Shown: positions 60,335 to 64,000 of the stretch, piece by piece
Layout: the number at the start of each line of letters is the position of its first letter
How positions within the stretch are numbered: position 1 is the stretch's first letter
NCBI RefSeq assembly: GCF_009914755.1
Contig: NC_060930.1
Origin: the human T2T-CHM13v2.0 reference genome, Homo sapiens
Length of the DNA stretch: 64,000 nucleotides
Strand: one strand, 5' to 3'
Made by a program: the position numbers and the translations under genes
The notes under the pieces: model-generated
The model's input: the letters and a program-made list of their open reading frames with translations, nothing else
What the model was told of the DNA's origin: nothing
Database searches by the model: none

Positions 60335-62910
60335 GGAAGAGCACCTAAAATCTACTCTTCTAGCAAACTTCAGCATACAATACACTATTATACCTATAGT
60401 TTTTATGTTGTGCCTTAGAACCCTAGATCTAGTCATCCTACGTATCTGCAACTTTGTACCCTTCAACATACATCTCCCTATTTCCCCTTTTCCCCCACCC
60501 CTGTCAACCACTGTTTTCTATGTATTCGGATTTTTTTAAGATTCCACACATAAGCAAGACTATGCAGTATTTTTCTTTCTGTATCTGGCTTATTTCACTT
60601 AGCATAATATCTTCCAGGTATATCCATCTTACAAATGGTAGGGTCTTCATCTTTTTTAAGGCTAAATAATATTCCATTATATATTTCTTTATTCATTCAT
60701 CCATCAATAGACATTTACGTTTTTTACTTGTCTTGACTGATGAATAATTCTGAAATGAACATTCTCATGTACAGCTATCTCTGCAAGTTGCTCATTTCAT
60801 TTCTTTTGGGTATATATTCAGCAGTGGGATTGCTGGGGCACATGTAGTTCTATTTTTAATATTTTGAGAAACCTTCATACTGTTTACCATCATTAGCTGT
60901 ACCCATTTACATTTCCACTAACAGTGTACAAGGGCTACCTTTCTCCACACCCTCACCAAAATATATGTTATATCTTCTCTTTTCGATAATAGCCATCCTA
61001 ACAAGCGTAAGATGATATCTCATTGTGGTTTAATTTGCATTTTCCTGATGATTAGTAATATTGAGCACCTTTTCATATACCTGTTGGCCATTTTTTTAAT
61101 GTCTTGTTTGGAGAAATGTCTATTCAAGCCCTTTGACCATTTTTAATTAGGTCGTTCATTTTATTTATTTATTATTTATTTATTTATGCCATTGAGTTGT
61201 CTGGTTTTCCTATAGACTTGTTTCTTATATAGTTATTTTTGCTTTTGTTGCTTGAGCTTTTGGTGTGGTGGCCAAAAAAATCTTTACCAAAGCCTGTGTC
61301 AAAGAGCTTTTTCCCTAAGTTTTTTTCCAGAAGTTTTATGATTTCAGGTTTTATGTTTAGGTCTTTCATCCATTTTGAGTTTGTTTTTGTGCCTGCTGTG
61401 AGATAAGGGTCCAATTTTATTCTTTTGCATATGGATATTTAGTTTTCCCGAAACCAGTTATTGAAGAGACTATTCGTTCTCCATGGTGTATTCTCGGAGT
61501 TTTGTCAAAAATTAGTTTACCATATATGCTCAGGTTTATTTCTGGGCACTCTATTCTGTATCATTAGTCTCTGTGTCTGTTTTTATTCCAGTACCATACA
61601 GTTTTGATTACTTTGTAATATAATTTGAAATCAGCACGTGTGATATCTCCAATTATTTTCTCAAGGTTGCGTTGGCTATTTGGGGTTTTTGGTGGTTCCA
61701 TACAAATTTTAGAATTCTATTCTCTATTTCTGTGAAGAACGCTTTGGAATTTTGATACAGATTTCATTGAGTCTTTACATAGTTTTTGGTAGTATAGACA
61801 TTTTAACAATATTACTTCTGATCTATGAACATGGAATATTTTTCCATTTATTAGTATCTTCTTCAAATTATTTCATCAGAGTTTTATAGTCTTATATAGT
61901 TTTATAGTCTTAAGTGTGCAGAACATTCATCTCCTTAGTTAAATTTATTTCTATTATTTTATTCTTTTGATATATCATAAACGAGATTCTCTTTAATTTT
62001 TTTTGGATAGGTCATTATTGATGTACACAAATGCAACTGATTTTGAAAGTTCTTTTGTATTTTGCAACTTTATTGAATTCATTTATTAGTTCAAAGATAA
62101 TTTGTATGTGTAGGGTCTTTAGGGTTTTCTACATATGAGACCATGTCACCTGCAGATAGAGATAACTTTATATCTTTCCAATTTGAATGTCTTTTGTTTC
62201 TTTTTGTGTGTGATTTCCGTTGCTATAGTACTTCAGTGCTATGTTAAATAGAAGTGGTGAGAGTGGGCATCTTTCCCGTAGACCAAATCTTAGAAGAAAA
62301 CTTTCAGTTTTTTTCCCATGGATTATGGTATTAGCTGTGAGCCTCTAATAAATGACCTTTATTATGTTGAGAAAATTTCCATTTATGCTCAAATAGTTGA
62401 GACTTTTTAATCAAAAAAAGTTGAACTTTGCCAAAAGCTTTTTATATATCAGTTGAGATGATCATGTGGTTTTAATCTTTCATTCTGTTGATATAATGCA
62501 TCACATTGATTGATTAGCATATATTAAACAAAATCAACATTCCAGTGATAAATCCCAATTCGTCATAATGTATAATCTTTTTGATGTGTTGTTGAATTAG
62601 TTTTCTAGCATTTTATTAAGGACCCTTCCATTTATATTCATCAGAGATATTGCCTTGCATTTTTTTTTTCTTGTGGTGTCTTTGTCTGGCTTTGGTATCG
62701 GAGTGATGCTAACCTCATAAAATGAGTTTGGAAGAATTCCCTCTAGTTCTTTTTTTTGGAAAAGCTTACAAAGAATTGGTAATAATTCTTCTTTGAATGT
62801 TTGGTAGAATTCAGCCATGAAAGCATCTGATCCTGGACTTTTCTTTGTTGAGAGATTTTTAATTTCTACTTCAATCTCTTTATTTGTTATTGGTCTGTTC
62901 AGGCTTTCTA
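60161..62910 (-). mobile_element. 5'-truncated L1MA (about L1MA6-8)
   Basis: L1MA 3'UTR. ORF2 remnants at 62597-62914 ([21 protein letters not shown]) and 61184-61414. Confidence 0.92.
60277..60333. repeat. (TG)n microsatellite within the L1MA 3'UTR
   Basis: Seen directly. Confidence 0.97.
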
Positions 62911-63819
62911 ACACTTACTGACATGGTGACTTTCAAAGTTATAAACCATACTCAAAAATTATAAAATTGTATATGAGAGGTCTAAAATGGCTAAACAGGA
63001 CTTTCTATCTTTCCAGAAAGCTAAAATATATTTGCAAGTGAAAAGTATTTATTTAACAAATATTTTTCAAACACGTACTATATATAGTATTTGCCTACAC
63101 CAAATAAGTGCTTATTTTTATTTGATTTTATTAATTTTTTAAAAAGAAATATATTTTAAGGCCTTTCACTGTGCACCTTCTAATTTTAATGTTTTCTTTC
63201 TTTTCTTTACTAGGGACTGTGTTGGATAAGGTAAGAAATATGAGGTTCTACCCTATCTCTTTCTTCCCATCTCTATAATCTCAAACTATAAGTGAAGTTG
63301 TTTTTTTATAATGCAGTACTTCACAGATTCATGGGTAACTGGCACAATGAACTTCAAATTCTTACATTTTTGATATAATTAAATAAAGTAGACATAAAGT
63401 GTACAATCTCTTTTCATTAATTAATGTCCTTTGAAACTTCGGTAAAGTCTTGTCTTTGTTAAACCGCATAATTCTACATGGATTGTGATGAGTTTCGTAA
63501 GGCTCAGTGAACTTTTCCATCTCGTAATTTCTACAGTACTTAGAGAGCAGTATGTACCAAACATCTCATCCCCAAAGAGATATTTACATTTTAAATAATC
63601 CACAGGTAAACTGGAGTGTTACAAAAAAACAGAACATCTTGTACCAAGAAAGTCATTCCTTCTTGCTTTCCAGCTGGCCAAGTCAATTCCAGCATGTACA
63701 CTTATGTTTTTCCAGATTCTAAATCCAGAAATCTTTGATGTCTTGGCCAATTCCTGGGTAAATCCAGTCCTTTTGTTCTTTTTGTCCTTTTATCATTTGA
63801 TGGAATAGAAACAGTCCAA

Positions 63820-63985
63820 GCTTTGGCACCAAGGAGACCTTGTTTGAATCCAGACTCTGACATTTACTAGCAGTTTACATAATCTCATTTCAGCTTTGAG
63901 AGTATCATCTGTAAAATACGAATGAATAACATGTCTGTCTTACAGGACTATACTGAGTAAAGAGTTTGGCACCACGCCTGGCTTA
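63820..63985 (+). mobile_element. MIR fragment
   Basis: 'gtttgaatccagactctgacatttactagc...catctgtaaaat'. Confidence 0.65.
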
Positions 63986-64000
63986 CAACAGAGTTTTGAT

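Overview
This is AT-rich, CpG-poor simian-primate genomic DNA, probably human or great ape, judged from AluY/S/J, L1PA and THE1/MST elements. I cannot support any host protein-coding gene, tRNA, rRNA, CpG island or CRISPR array. The window reads as intergenic or deep-intronic sequence. It is packed with L1s (roughly 30% by eye), six Alus, MaLR/ERVL/ERV1 solo LTRs, DNA-transposon fossils, MIR/L2 remnants and microsatellites. The only ORFs with recognisable protein are decayed L1 ORF1/ORF2 fragments. I did not find a credible new biological system. The best observations are structural: (1) a ~780-bp L1PA+AluSc patch with no poly-A or TSD, joined by apparent microhomology into a MER6B-like element; (2) a perfect 38-bp inverted repeat with a neighbouring mosaic copy; (3) two twin-primed, 5'-inverted L1 insertions of very different ages, both with TSDs; (4) several plus-strand candidate exons that could belong to a lncRNA. 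Subfamily names come from recalled consensus sequences and need RepeatMasker/Dfam confirmation. Boundaries of old repeats are approximate.
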